NCBI GenBank assembly: GCA_038327765.1
Contig: JBBQLI010000004.1
Coordinates: forward strand, 1-57,435
Origin: Candidatus Limnocylindrales bacterium
GTDB lineage: Bacteria; Chloroflexota; Limnocylindria; Limnocylindrales; CSP1-4
DNA length: 57,435 nucleotides
Direction: 5' to 3'
Under the pieces are notes generated by a model, which searched no databases, was not told where the DNA came from, and worked only from the letters and a program-made list of their open reading frames with translations. Of the stretch, positions 27,832-38,476 are shown in pieces. The first letter of the stretch is position 1. Every line of letters begins with the position of its first letter. The translations under genes were made by a program, and so were the position numbers.

Positions 27832-28703
27832 ATCGCCGTCGTCGGCGGGGTCGTGCCCGGCCCGGTGTGCCCGGTCGCCGTGGGCGCCCCCGGCTTCTGC
27901 AGCACGATGACCGCCAGCAGCATGCTCAGGCCGCCGTACCAGAGCGCGGGGAGGGCCAGCATTCCGGCCAGCGGCACCGCCCAGCGGCGGTCGGTCCTTG
28001 CGCCCCAGATCACGACCACGGCCGCGATCGGCAGCCGGATCAGCAGCGGGATCGGCAGAGCGGCCCAGGTCCCCGTCCCATCACGCCCGGAGACGCGGCT
28101 CAGTACCCCGATCCACTGGGCCCACGCGTCGGGCAGGAGCGCGAACGAGACGACCACCACCACGGCCGTCGCGCCAAGAGCGATCGCGAGCTGGCGCCAC
28201 TCACGCCGGACGACGAACCAGAGCAGGCCGATCCCGGGCGTCACCTTGGTCAGCAGCACGAACGACCAGGCCGCGGGGTAGCGGAACCCGATCACCATCG
28301 CCGCAGCCAGCAGCAGGTGGATGTTCCCGCCGGCCAGTTCCATCGCGGCCAGCACGATCCCGATGGCGAACCAGCGCCGACCCGTGAGCACGAACACAGC
28401 CGCCAGCAAGACCACGGTCCAGACCGCCATGTACGCCTGCCACGGCAGGATGCGGATCGGCGTGAGGAGCTGGAGGAAGGCCGGCGAGTAGACGTACGCG
28501 ATCGGCTGGGTCCAATCGGAGTGCGCGTATGGCGCCGCGAGGTCCGGAAACCAGTAGCAGTACGCGTCCTGGCCCGTCCCCCACAGGCGCCCGAACGGCG
28601 ACGACATGACCACGATGACCAGCCACGCCGCGGCCGCCAGCGCCACCCCGACCCAGGCGGGGGGTGGCGTCAGCTTCAGGCGATGCGGGTCGACCGATCG
28701 CAT
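27828..28703 (-). CDS. Glycosyltransferase family 87-like (GT-C) membrane protein
   Basis: DAYCYW, YVYSPAF, GNIHLL, TKVTPG; multi-TM; start uncertain. Confidence 0.75.
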   Translation of the reverse strand: MRSVDPHRLKLTPPPAWVGVALAAAAWLVIVVMSSPFGRLWGTGQDAYCYWFPDLAAPYAHSDWTQPIAYVYSPAFLQLLTPIRILPWQAYMAVWTVVLLAAVFVLTGRRWFAIGIVLAAMELAGGNIHLLLAAAMVIGFRYPAAWSFVLLTKVTPGIGLLWFVVRREWRQLAIALGATAVVVVVSFALLPDAWAQWIGVLSRVSGRDGTGTWAALPIPLLIRLPIAAVVVIWGARTDRRWAVPLAGMLALPALWYGGLSMLLAVIVLQKPGAPTATGHTGPGTTPPTTAI

Positions 28704-28810
28704 GGCAGGGCGGTGGAGTGTCGTGATGTCGGGCCTCGGTGTGGATTCGATGCGTAACTGTGCCACCCGCGAACCGTCGCCGCGTCCTGCGCGGCGCGTA
28801 CGATGGCGTC

Positions 28811-29818
28811 GTGCCCAATATCGTCCTGCCCAAGACGATCGCCCGCCCGCACATCCGTCGATCGACGGACGCGACCGGCCCCGGCGATGAACCGATCGAA
28901 ACCGCCACGCCGGACGTCATCGAGGCGGCCGGTCTGCGCTGGATCCACATCGAGTCCCCACGCGCGGCCGACCGCGACTGGCTCGAAGCCCACTTCGACT
29001 TCCATCCGCTGGACTTCGAGGATGTCTACTCGCGCAACCAGCGCCCGAAGCTGGACCAGTACGACGACTACGTCTTCATCATCCTGCACTTCCCGATGTT
29101 CGATAAGACCGTCGCCCGGCTCCTGACCGCCGAGCTCGACCTGTTCATGGGCCCCGACTATCTGATCACGATGCCCAACATCCCGCTCCCGCCGCTGACC
29201 GCGATGTTCGAGCGCTACCGCGAGAAGGACGACCTGCGGGCGACGACGCTGTCGAAGGGCTCGGGCTACCTGCTCTACAAGATCGTCGATGCCTGCGTCG
29301 ATGCCTCGTTCCCGATGCTCCGCAAGATGGGCCAGAAGCTCGAACGGATCGAGGACGGCATCTTCGAGGGCCGTTCGTCCGAGATCGTGCGCGATATCTC
29401 CGAGGCAAAGCAGGAGATCATCAACTTCCGCAAGATCGTCCGGCCGCAGCGCGCGGTCCTGCGTGACCTCGAGCGAACCAAGCAGCGCTACCTCGAGGAA
29501 GAGATGGAGATCTACTTCGACGACATCTCGGACGCGGCCGAACGCATCTGGGACACGCTCGAGAACTACAAGGAGGTCGTCGAGGGTCTGGAATCCACGA
29601 ATGAGTCCGTGCTGTCACACCGACTGAACGACTCGTTCCGGATCCTGACCGCGGTGAGCGTCGTGCTCCTGCCGCTGACCCTCATCGCGAGCATCTTCGG
29701 GATGAATGTGCCCGTCCCGGGCCAGAACGAGGAATCGGCCTTCCTCGGGATCATGCTGGTCATGGCAGCGATGCTGCTCGTGCTTGTGGCGTACTTCCGG
29801 CGGCGAGGCTGGCTCTAG
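28811..29818 (+). CDS. corA: CorA-family Mg2+/Co2+ transporter
   Basis: FHPLDFED, QRPKLD, IFGMN signature between two C-terminal TMs, RRRGWL end. Confidence 0.93.
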   Translation: MPNIVLPKTIARPHIRRSTDATGPGDEPIETATPDVIEAAGLRWIHIESPRAADRDWLEAHFDFHPLDFEDVYSRNQRPKLDQYDDYVFIILHFPMFDKTVARLLTAELDLFMGPDYLITMPNIPLPPLTAMFERYREKDDLRATTLSKGSGYLLYKIVDACVDASFPMLRKMGQKLERIEDGIFEGRSSEIVRDISEAKQEIINFRKIVRPQRAVLRDLERTKQRYLEEEMEIYFDDISDAAERIWDTLENYKEVVEGLESTNESVLSHRLNDSFRILTAVSVVLLPLTLIASIFGMNVPVPGQNEESAFLGIMLVMAAMLLVLVAYFRRRGWL

Positions 29819-29978
29819 GAAAGCGGTGCTCGTGCGTGAAACACGAGACAGGCGTGGCGCAAGGATCGTCGGTGATATCGATTCGAGGACCGGTGAGGAT
29901 GTGCCCGGGTAGATGCGTCTACGCTCCTAGCAAGTCAGGCGAACGATTGAGCCGCATGGAGTTCACGCTTACCTTGGG

Positions 29979-30644
29979 ATGTCGCGGGATGGTCCGGGCG
30001 TGGTGGGTCGGATTGTGCGGGCGCGAGCCGTGCTAGAGGATCTGGCAGACAACGTCGAGGACGCGATCAAGGGCGCCGTGCGGTGTCGAACGCTTATGGC
30101 GCCGACCTCGCTCGGTAGCATCCTCGACGACATCAGCTACCGGGTCAGGATCATCCCCGATCGCGAAGTCCTCGATGCCGCGCTTCGAAACCTCCTCGCT
30201 GATGGCTCGATCCGGCGGCTGCCCGACGGGGGGTATGTCGATGGCCGATCATCCGCCGGCTCCGCGACATGGCAGCCGATGTCGGATGCCACCTATCGGT
30301 CGGCTATCGATGTCCAATGGCCCGGCAGTGCCGCGACGCAGGACGAAGGTGTGCCTGGCGTCCCGGTCCTCCTCGCCTCGATCCCGACCGCGACCGATGA
30401 TCCGACGCGGGCGGAATGGCAACACACGGAACGCGTCGCGATCGCGGTCACCGAAGCGTTGCGGAGACAACGCCGGGCAGCCGTGGTGCCGCTCATCGTG
30501 GCCGTGCCCGGACACCTCGAATTCACCGTCTTCGGTGGTGTCAACGACGATCCACACAAGGTGCACCGCCTGGCGTCGGCCTTCTTCGATGCGGCCGCGC
30601 CCGCGGGGAGCGAACTCAGGCCGAAGATCATGGGCCTTCCGTAG
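29979..30644 (+). CDS. Hypothetical protein
   Basis: 221-aa ORF filling the gap; possible winged-helix-like segment (LDAALRNLLADGSIRR); no family recognised; start uncertain. Confidence 0.5.
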   Translation: MSRDGPGVVGRIVRARAVLEDLADNVEDAIKGAVRCRTLMAPTSLGSILDDISYRVRIIPDREVLDAALRNLLADGSIRRLPDGGYVDGRSSAGSATWQPMSDATYRSAIDVQWPGSAATQDEGVPGVPVLLASIPTATDDPTRAEWQHTERVAIAVTEALRRQRRAAVVPLIVAVPGHLEFTVFGGVNDDPHKVHRLASAFFDAAAPAGSELRPKIMGLP

Positions 30645-30814
30645 GTCCTATGAACTGGAATCTCATGCGGTAGCCATGGCCAAGGAGTGCATGATCTGGG
30701 GAAGGGCAACCGACGTGCAGTTCCCGCCGACATGCGTCCGACTCGAGGCTCGCGGCCATCGTGACGCGGCCTGGTTCGCGATCCACCGGGATCAGGTTCC
30801 CGTCGCGGCCTTCC

Positions 30815-31174
30815 TCAGCTTTGATCCGAGCGGCGTCGGGGGTGCCTGGCTAACGTGATTCCCTCGATAAGCACACCTATCGCCAATACCGCGATGGCGA
30901 AGCCCAAGAAGGGCACAGCGCTCGCGCCGCCGCACGCATCCTGTGCCTGACACGAATTCACGGTGTTCAGGGCCCCAAGCAGGTAGACGCCGCCTGTGCC
31001 GATCAGCAGTCCACCGCTTACCTCCGCCCGTGGTCGACCGTCGATGTCACCTCCGAGGGCCGCGATCGCTAGACCCAACCCAAGCAGGGGACCGACCACG
31101 ATCAGCAGAAAAGCAAAGGAGGTTGCCAATCCGATGACCACCCCAAGCGAGATCCCGAGCACAATGCTTCTCAT
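30815..31174 (-). CDS. Hypothetical membrane protein
   Basis: About 4 hydrophobic segments and a C-x5-C loop; codon usage more A/T-rich than neighbours. Confidence 0.55.
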   Translation of the reverse strand: MRSIVLGISLGVVIGLATSFAFLLIVVGPLLGLGLAIAALGGDIDGRPRAEVSGGLLIGTGGVYLLGALNTVNSCQAQDACGGASAVPFLGFAIAVLAIGVLIEGITLARHPRRRSDQS

Positions 31175-31271
31175 CGACGACCGGTCAGACGAGATTCGCG
31201 GATCGCTCAACATCAGAATCCAGGAAAAGTACCGTAGGCCGTGATCTTGTCCCAAGGGAGCTGGATTCGAT

Positions 31272-32390
31272 TTAGGTGGGCAGGTCCCGCTCGGCTGGGC
31301 CGACGTACTTGACGTCCGGGCGGATCAGGCGATCCTCCGCCGACTGCTCCAGGACGTGCGCGGTCCAGCCCGCGTGTCGCGCCAATGAGAACGTGGCGGG
31401 AAACAGATCCGGCGACAGGCCGACGCCCAGCAGCACCGGCGCCGCGTAGTACTCGACGTTGGTCTTGAGCGGTCGCTCGGGATGGCGTCCGGCCAGCACG
31501 CGCAGCGCGACATCCTCGACCTGGATCGCCAACTGCAGCCAGTCGGGCGAGTTCGGCATCGATTCGGCCACCGTGCGCAGCGCCGCGGCTCGCGGGTCGT
31601 ACGCGCGATAGACACGATGGCCGAAGCCCATCAGCCGTTCCTTGCGGTCGAGCGCCTCGTTGAGCCACTGCTCGGCGTGTTCGACCGAGCCGATCTTCGC
31701 CAGCTGGTCGACGACCTCGGTCGGTGCGCCGCCGTGGAGCGGCCCCTTCATCGTGCCGATCGCGCCAGCGACCGCGGAGGCGATGTCGGATCGGGTGGAA
31801 ATGATGACGCGGGCGGTGAAGGTGGAGGCATTGAAACTGTGCTCGGCACCCACCATGAAGTACGCGTCGAGCGCCTTGACCGTGCCGGGATCCGGGCGCG
31901 TGCCCTTCAGCTGGTAGAGGAACCCACTGACGAGGTCCAGCGACGGGTCCGGTTCGACCGGGTCGAGGCCCTCGCGGATCCGCGCGAACGCCGCCAGCAT
32001 CGAGGGCGACGCGGACGTCAGCGCCCGTGCCTGTTCGACGGTCGGTGGCCAGTCGAGCGTCGTGACCGCGCCCCACGCGGAGACCGCGGTCCGCAGCGCA
32101 TCCATCGGCTTGGTCGTCGGCGGGAGGGCCCGCAGGACGGCCAGTACCTCGGGCGGGACCGGGGTCGTCGGGAACTGGTGGCGCGGGTCCCATTCGCCGG
32201 TCCACAGCAGGTTCGCGACGGCGCCGTACGACCCCACCTTGACGATATCGCCGATGCGGTAGCCGCGATACAGGAGGCGGCCGCGTTCGCCATCGATGAA
32301 GCACAGTGCGGTCTCGCCGGCGACCACTCCCGCGAGACCCGGCGAATACGGCCGGGTGTCGGCGGCAGGTTCCGAGATGGGATCGGTCAT
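31272..32390 (-). CDS. Citrate synthase / 2-methylcitrate synthase
   Basis: GLAGV, LLYRGY, AEHSFNASTF, GPLHGGA, MGFGHRVY..DPR, NVEYY, AGWTAH. Confidence 0.95.
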   Translation of the reverse strand: MTDPISEPAADTRPYSPGLAGVVAGETALCFIDGERGRLLYRGYRIGDIVKVGSYGAVANLLWTGEWDPRHQFPTTPVPPEVLAVLRALPPTTKPMDALRTAVSAWGAVTTLDWPPTVEQARALTSASPSMLAAFARIREGLDPVEPDPSLDLVSGFLYQLKGTRPDPGTVKALDAYFMVGAEHSFNASTFTARVIISTRSDIASAVAGAIGTMKGPLHGGAPTEVVDQLAKIGSVEHAEQWLNEALDRKERLMGFGHRVYRAYDPRAAALRTVAESMPNSPDWLQLAIQVEDVALRVLAGRHPERPLKTNVEYYAAPVLLGVGLSPDLFPATFSLARHAGWTAHVLEQSAEDRLIRPDVKYVGPAERDLPT

Positions 32391-32433
32391 CGCGTCGATG
32401 GTAGCGGACAGGGACCGGCGGGGCGCCGGCCGA

Positions 32434-32691
32434 TCAATCCCGGCTGCCGAGGTTGATGATCAGCCGCACCAGCAGCGCACCGAAGATCGCCACGATCAGC
32501 GATGCGAAGAAGCCCGGCGTCGACCCGAACCCGGCTTGCTGGGCAAAGTACCCGCCGATCACGCCACCGAGGATCCCCACGACGATATTCGGCAGACACC
32601 CGCGGGCGTTCTTGCCACCCATGAGCCACGCCGAGATCGCGCCGGCCACGAAGCCGACGACGATCCATCCGAAGAATCCCAACTCAGGCAT
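32434..32691 (-). CDS. GlsB/YeaQ/YmgE family stress membrane protein
   Basis: WIVVGFVAGAIS..., NIVVGILGGVIGG, VAIFGALL. Confidence 0.88.
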   Translation of the reverse strand: MPELGFFGWIVVGFVAGAISAWLMGGKNARGCLPNIVVGILGGVIGGYFAQQAGFGSTPGFFASLIVAIFGALLVRLIINLGSRD

Positions 32692-32695
32692 GGCG

Positions 32696-33526
32696 TCAGT
32701 CTGCCACGCGCGGCATGGCGGCGGCAGCCTCCGCGTCGAGGATCCAGGTGGCCCCGGCGCGCCGCGCGAACTGGGCGGGCCAGCGGCTGACGTCGCGGGC
32801 GGAGCCGAAGATCTCGCCGATGACATCGGCCTTGCTCGAACCAGTGACGACGATGAGGACGTCGCTTGCGACCCCGATCAGCGCCGGGTTCAGGGTGACG
32901 CGCTGGACGTGCGGCTCGATGTGGCTGGGCGCCGGGATCGCGAGGGCGAGTTCCGTGGAGTCGATGGCCGCGGACCCCGGGAAGACCGACAGCAGGTGGC
33001 CGTCGCTGCCGATGCCGATGAGCATCAGGTCGAACACGGGCCAGCCGTCCTTCGTCGGCAGACCGGCGGCCCGGAGCGTGTCTGCGAGATCAGTCGCGCA
33101 CCACTCGATGCCGCGTCCGAAGGCGATCGCCTCGCCGGCGTGGAATGGATGCAGGTGGTCGATCGGCAGCGGCACGCCGTGCCGACCGCCGCCCGCCGTG
33201 CCTTCCTCGACCGTGCCGATGTCGAGGAGGATGTCGTCGAACGGCTTCACGTTCGAGAGCGGATGGTCGCGCGGGACATAGCGGTCGTCGCCGAACCAGA
33301 CGTGAGTCTCCGCCCACGGTAGCGCCGCGAAGAGCTGCGGCTCGAGCAGGTGCCGGTAGATCCCGATCGGCGAGGAACCGCCGGTCGTTGCCCAGTCGGC
33401 ACGACCACGGGTCGCCACGGCTGCGGTCAGGCTGGTCGCGATGTGATGTGCAGCGGCATCCGCAGCCGCCTCCGGGTCCGCGACCACCACGATGTTGGGT
33501 TCGCCCGGTGTCACGTCCGTCATCAC
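32696..33526 (-). CDS. pgl: 6-phosphogluconolactonase
   Basis: GGSSP, WFGDDRYVP..HPLSN, FDLMLIGIGSDGH..SVFP, RVTL; follows zwf-opcA. Confidence 0.93.
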   Translation of the reverse strand: MMTDVTPGEPNIVVVADPEAAADAAAHHIATSLTAAVATRGRADWATTGGSSPIGIYRHLLEPQLFAALPWAETHVWFGDDRYVPRDHPLSNVKPFDDILLDIGTVEEGTAGGGRHGVPLPIDHLHPFHAGEAIAFGRGIEWCATDLADTLRAAGLPTKDGWPVFDLMLIGIGSDGHLLSVFPGSAAIDSTELALAIPAPSHIEPHVQRVTLNPALIGVASDVLIVVTGSSKADVIGEIFGSARDVSRWPAQFARRAGATWILDAEAAAAMPRVAD

Positions 33527-34767
33527 GCTCCCTCGTTTCGTCCCACCAGGGCCGCTGCGGCGCGCAACGAACCACTCCCCACCGGATCACGGCCACTCGC
33601 CTCGATCGCTTCGGCCAACAGGTCCACCTCGGTCCGGCGCGCCGCCGAGAACCGCCGGTCGAGCACTTCGACGCCGTCCTGCCAGACCCGGACGTGGACG
33701 GTCTCGGCCTCGGCGGTCACGTCGGCCCGGAGCTCCGAGCCGCGCCGCTCGGCCAGCAGCTCCACGCGCAACGTGGTTCCGGGCGGCATGGTCGAGAGCA
33801 CCGGGCGGATCACCACGGACACCTCCCCGCGACCATCGGACAGCTGCGCCACGAGGCCGCGCGCCATCGTGGTCTTCGAGGCTGCCGCTCGCCCGGCACG
33901 GGACGACGGCGATGGCCCACTGACGGTGGAAAGCGGCTTCACCACGGTCAACCCCAATCGCGATGCCAGCCAGCCGACGTGATAGACCGGCTTGACGAGG
34001 TTCGTCGACGCGGGAGCCCCGGTCTCGTCATGCGTGGCATAGGTCACCGCAACCCGACGCAGGGAGCGCAGGTAGGGGAGGAAGTCCGGATCATCGAAGA
34101 TCGACGCGATGGCCTCACGCCAGCGCGACTGGCGGACGATCGCGAAGTCGCTGACGACGAGGCGGGTGGACCCGAGCAGGCCCGCGAGCTGGGTCAGCTG
34201 ACCCAACCCGTCGCCGCTCCACGTGGACCCGTCCACGATCAATCGATCCGCGATGCCGAGGACCTCCTGCGCCGGCTTGGAACCGAATGGCACTTCGCCG
34301 GGCCACCAGACCGTGACCGGCAGGTCGTGGATGATCAGCGGCGCGACGATCGCCGCCAGGTGCCTGCCGGATTCGCCGCCGGCGGTGATGTGGATCGTCT
34401 CCGAGCAGGTCTCCGGCGCGTCCTCGCGGGGAAGCACGCAATGCGCCTCGACACGCGCGTCCAGCCACGACGGTCCATCCGGATCCACCGACCCGATCAG
34501 CATCGTCCGCGACGGATGCCGCCCGGTGAGCGCCTGGATCGCCGCCGCCGAGTGCTCGGCGATCTCCGGCCGACGCGCGATGACGATCAGGTTCATCACG
34601 CTGGTCCGGGCGGAGATCCGGCGGGTCTCCGGCTCGTTGACCGTGGGCGCGAGCTCGTGGCCGGCCCAGATCCGGCTCAGCTCGTTCTCGACCTCTTCGA
34701 TCGAATGCGCGCGGGCCGACCAGCGCAGGACGGGCTCGCCGACCTTGAGCGGCGTGTTGATCGCCAT
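33523..34767 (-). CDS. opcA: G6PDH assembly protein OpcA
   Basis: RTSVMNL, HPSR, DLPVTVWWPG, RLIVD, WREAIAS.FD; directly downstream of zwf. Confidence 0.9.
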   Translation of the reverse strand: MAINTPLKVGEPVLRWSARAHSIEEVENELSRIWAGHELAPTVNEPETRRISARTSVMNLIVIARRPEIAEHSAAAIQALTGRHPSRTMLIGSVDPDGPSWLDARVEAHCVLPREDAPETCSETIHITAGGESGRHLAAIVAPLIIHDLPVTVWWPGEVPFGSKPAQEVLGIADRLIVDGSTWSGDGLGQLTQLAGLLGSTRLVVSDFAIVRQSRWREAIASIFDDPDFLPYLRSLRRVAVTYATHDETGAPASTNLVKPVYHVGWLASRLGLTVVKPLSTVSGPSPSSRAGRAAASKTTMARGLVAQLSDGRGEVSVVIRPVLSTMPPGTTLRVELLAERRGSELRADVTAEAETVHVRVWQDGVEVLDRRFSAARRTEVDLLAEAIEASGRDPVGSGSLRAAAALVGRNEGA

Positions 34768-34842
34768 CAGTGCGTCGCCCAGCGGCCGAAGGCCATCGGC
34801 CGAGAGCGCGCCCCCGGCGCCACGCGCGCCACCTGCCTCACG

Positions 34843-36552
34843 CTAGAACCGGCGCCAGCGCCGCCCGTCACGCGCGAGCAGCGCATCGGCGGCGGCCGGC
34901 CCCCACGTCCCGGCGTCGTAGTTCGGGAAGTCGGGAGCGGGCTCGGTCGACCACGCCTCGATGCACGGATCGACGATGCTCCATGCCTCCTCGACCTCGT
35001 CGGCGCGGGTGAACAGCGAGGCGTCGCCCTGGAGCGCGTCGAGGATGAGCGTCTCGTAGGCATCGGGCGAGTCCACGTTGAATGCCGAGCCGTACGTGAA
35101 GTCCATCGTCACCGAGCGAACGTCCATGCCGAGACCCGGCACCTTGGCCCCGAAGCGCAGCATGATGCCCTCGTCCGGCTGGACGCGGATGACCAGGAGG
35201 TTCGGGTCGGGGTCCACGGCGGCGTCGCGGAACAGGCGGTGCGGCACTTCGCGGTACTGGATCGCGATCTCGGTCGCACGCTTCGGCAGTCGCTTGCCGG
35301 TCCGCACGTAGAACGGGACGCCGGACCAGCGCCAGTCGTCGATCATCAGGCGGGCGGCCACGTACGTCTCGGTCTCTGACGTCGGATCGACGTCCTTTTC
35401 CTCGCGGTACCCGACCACCTTGTTGGCGGCCACCCAGCCCGGCCCGTACTGGCCGCGGACTACGTCTGTCGCCGCGGAGGCGGGATCGAGCCCGATCGCG
35501 CGCAGGACCTTGACCTTCTCGTCGCGCAGCGCATCGGCATCGAACGTCGCCGGCGGTTCCATCGCGATCAGGCTGACCAGCTGGAGCAGGTGGTTCTGGA
35601 GGACGTCGCGCGAGGCGCCGGTCTCCTCGTAGAACGCACCGCGGCTCTCGATGCCGAGGGACTCGGCCACCGTGATCTGAACGTGATCGACATAGCGCCG
35701 GTTCCACAGGGGTTCGAAGATGCCGTTGCCAAAACGGAAGACCAGCAGGTTCCGGACGGTCTCCTTGCCCAGGTAGTGATCGATGCGATAGACCTGCGAC
35801 TCGCGGAAGACCTTGCCGACCTCGCGGTTGAGCCGCTTCGCGGACTCCAGGTCGCGCCCGAATGGCTTCTCGATGACGATCCGCCGCCAGCCACCGTCGT
35901 GGTGCTCATGATCCAGGCCGACGCGCCCGATCTGGGCCACGATCTCGGCGAACTGCGACGGTTGCGTGGCGAGATAGAAGAGCCGGTTGCCGCGGGTCCC
36001 GCGCTCCGTGTCGAGCGCGTCCAGTCGCGTGACCAGGGCATCGAACCCGGCCGGATCGGCGAAGTCCAGGCGCTGGTAGCAGATCCGCTCCGCGAACGAC
36101 CGCCACGCGGCGACGTCCAGCGGCAGCACGCGGCTGAATTGCGCCAGGGAAGCGTGGATCTCCTTGCGAAACGTCTCCTCGTCGTACTCGCGCCGGCCGA
36201 CCGCGAGCAGCACGAACTCGTGCGGCAGGAGGTTCGTCCGCCAGAGCTGATAGAGCGCGGGGATCACCTTGCGATGGGCGAGGTCGCCGGTGGCGCCCAT
36301 CAGCACGAGGATCGCCGGATCGGCCACGCGCTCCAGGCGCAGCCCTTCGCGCAGGACGTTCTCGTGGGGCTTGGCCCGGGATGCGCGCTTGCCCTCGCGA
36401 GCCTCGCGCACCTCCTTCATGGTCCGCGGCTGGTCCTTCGGCTTGACCCCGGGGATCGGTGCCGCTACGGCCGATGCCGCTACGGCCGATGCCTTCGTCT
36501 CGTCCGTCGCGTTCGCGGCTCCCGGTGCCTTGACCACGGTCTTCCCGGCCAT
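34843..36552 (-). CDS. zwf: Glucose-6-phosphate dehydrogenase
   Basis: GATGDLA, EKPFG, RIDHYLGKE, QNHLLQ, WSGVPFYVRTGKR. Confidence 0.98.
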   Translation of the reverse strand: MAGKTVVKAPGAANATDETKASAVAASAVAAPIPGVKPKDQPRTMKEVREAREGKRASRAKPHENVLREGLRLERVADPAILVLMGATGDLAHRKVIPALYQLWRTNLLPHEFVLLAVGRREYDEETFRKEIHASLAQFSRVLPLDVAAWRSFAERICYQRLDFADPAGFDALVTRLDALDTERGTRGNRLFYLATQPSQFAEIVAQIGRVGLDHEHHDGGWRRIVIEKPFGRDLESAKRLNREVGKVFRESQVYRIDHYLGKETVRNLLVFRFGNGIFEPLWNRRYVDHVQITVAESLGIESRGAFYEETGASRDVLQNHLLQLVSLIAMEPPATFDADALRDEKVKVLRAIGLDPASAATDVVRGQYGPGWVAANKVVGYREEKDVDPTSETETYVAARLMIDDWRWSGVPFYVRTGKRLPKRATEIAIQYREVPHRLFRDAAVDPDPNLLVIRVQPDEGIMLRFGAKVPGLGMDVRSVTMDFTYGSAFNVDSPDAYETLILDALQGDASLFTRADEVEEAWSIVDPCIEAWSTEPAPDFPNYDAGTWGPAAADALLARDGRRWRRF

Positions 36553-36562
36553 CGCGCGTCCT

Positions 36563-38335
36563 TTACTCCTGCGCGGCGTCGAGGGCGGCGCTCAGTGCCC
36601 GTTCGAGCGCCGCCAGCCCGGCATCGAGGTCCGCCCCCAGGTGCACCCGGATGATCGGCAGGTCGTGGCCTTCGATGGCGGCGAAGTCGCCCGCGGCCTG
36701 TGCGTCGATCAGCTGGCCGAACGTGTATGGCCAGCCCGGGATCTCGCGATCGGCCGGATGGTCCGATGTCAGCTGGAGGAACCAGCCGATCGGTGCGCCA
36801 CCCTTGTGGAGCTGACCGGTCGAATGGAGGAAACGCGGGCCATAGCCGGCCGTCGTGGCGCGACCTGTCTTCTCGAGCAGCAGGGTGCGGATCCTGGCGA
36901 GCGACTCGTCGCGGGCCGCCGTCGGGGCGATGAACGCCTGGATCGCGAGATAGGCGCTGGGCTTGCGGCGCGCCAGATGCCGAGCCAGCTCGCCTGTGAC
37001 GCTGCCATCGCCCGCGGTGAGCCGGAGGGGCGCATCGCCGTGAAGCGTGAGACCGTCGCCCGTGGCGATGGCGGGTGGTGTCGCCTCGGGCGGTTCGCCG
37101 CTCTCCGCCTTGGCGAGGACCGAGCGGGTGAGGTTCTTCGCCTCTTCGACGTTTGGCTGGTCGAACGGGTCGATGCCCAGGACGACGCCCGCGATCGCGG
37201 TGGCCACTTCCCAGCGGACGAATTCGCCGCCCAGATCCATCGGGTCGCTCAGGGCGATGCGGATGACGGGGTGCCCGGCGGCTTCGAGTGCCGCGGCGAG
37301 CGCGTCCCGCGCCGTGTCGGTCGTCCCGTCCAGCGTGATCCGCACGAACGCGCGGTCCGGGCCATACGCGGCCACGTCCGCCAGCGGCTCGCGGTCCACC
37401 GGCACGATACCCACGCCGTGCTTGCCCGTGCTCTCGGCGATGAGTTGCTCCACCCACGCACCGAAGCTGCCGATCGCGTCGTCGGTCAGGAAGGTCAGCT
37501 TGTCGCGGCCGCCGACGGCCAGCGTCCCGATCACGAGACCCAGCGACACGCCCGGATTGCTCTCCGGATCCGGTTCGCGGCACGCGCCGAGCATCGCATC
37601 GGCCGAGGCGAGCAGCCCGTCGAGATCGAGCCCGATGAGCGACGCAGGCACCAGCCCCACGTACGACAGCGCGGAATAGCGGCCGCCGATGTCGGCCGGA
37701 TTGAGGAAGACCTCGCGAACGTCGTTGTGGTGGGGGATCGCTTCGAGGCTCTTGCCCGGGTCGGTGACGATCGCGATGAACTCGCCCGGCTGCTCATACG
37801 TGTGATGACCGACCGTGTCGAGAGCGACGTGAGTGCGCTGCCACGCATCTGCGAGGAACGCGTTCGGTTCGGTCGTCGTGCCGGACTTGGAGGCGATGAT
37901 CGTCAGCGTCGCGAGGGGGTCGAGGTCGTCAACGGTCGCGGCGACGAAGGCCGGGTCGGTCGAATCGAGGATGCGCAGGGCGAGGTAGCCCTCCTCGGTC
38001 CCGAATGTGCGGTGGATGACATCCGGCGCGAGGCTGCTGCCGCCCATGCCTGCCACGATGGCCGTCGTGAAGCCGCCGTCCGCGGCGCCATCGCCGAAGC
38101 CTTCGAGCGCGGCGGTCTGGTCGGTGAAGTGGAGCGGGGCATCGAGCCAGCCCAGCCGGTCAGCGATGGTCGCCTGGACCCGGGCGTCGCTCGACCAGAG
38201 CGTCACGTCGCGGTCGAACAGCCGGGTGGCCCATCCTTCGGCGGCGGCTCGTTCGGTGGCCGCTTCGTAGGCGGCAGCGCCGGCGCCGAGCGCGAACCGA
38301 GGCACGGTGATGGCGGGCGGGATGGTGTCGGTCAT
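36563..38335 (-). CDS. pgi: Glucose-6-phosphate isomerase (resembles the Pgi half of Tal-Pgi fusions)
   Basis: GMGGSSL, SKSGTT.E, GGRYSALS, EQLIAESTGK, PFDQPNVE, GPRFLHSTGQLHKGG. Confidence 0.93.
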   Translation of the reverse strand: MTDTIPPAITVPRFALGAGAAAYEAATERAAAEGWATRLFDRDVTLWSSDARVQATIADRLGWLDAPLHFTDQTAALEGFGDGAADGGFTTAIVAGMGGSSLAPDVIHRTFGTEEGYLALRILDSTDPAFVAATVDDLDPLATLTIIASKSGTTTEPNAFLADAWQRTHVALDTVGHHTYEQPGEFIAIVTDPGKSLEAIPHHNDVREVFLNPADIGGRYSALSYVGLVPASLIGLDLDGLLASADAMLGACREPDPESNPGVSLGLVIGTLAVGGRDKLTFLTDDAIGSFGAWVEQLIAESTGKHGVGIVPVDREPLADVAAYGPDRAFVRITLDGTTDTARDALAAALEAAGHPVIRIALSDPMDLGGEFVRWEVATAIAGVVLGIDPFDQPNVEEAKNLTRSVLAKAESGEPPEATPPAIATGDGLTLHGDAPLRLTAGDGSVTGELARHLARRKPSAYLAIQAFIAPTAARDESLARIRTLLLEKTGRATTAGYGPRFLHSTGQLHKGGAPIGWFLQLTSDHPADREIPGWPYTFGQLIDAQAAGDFAAIEGHDLPIIRVHLGADLDAGLAALERALSAALDAAQE

Positions 38336-38476
38336 CGTGGCCTCCGAAGGATAGGCGCCGGTCCGTGAACGGACGGTTACGGGTCGGTTTCGACGGCCGT
38401 CGAATGATTGCCCCGAGACCGGCATGGTACGCCGGTCGCCGTGTCATGCCGGTGACGCCATGCGCTGGGCGACAAG

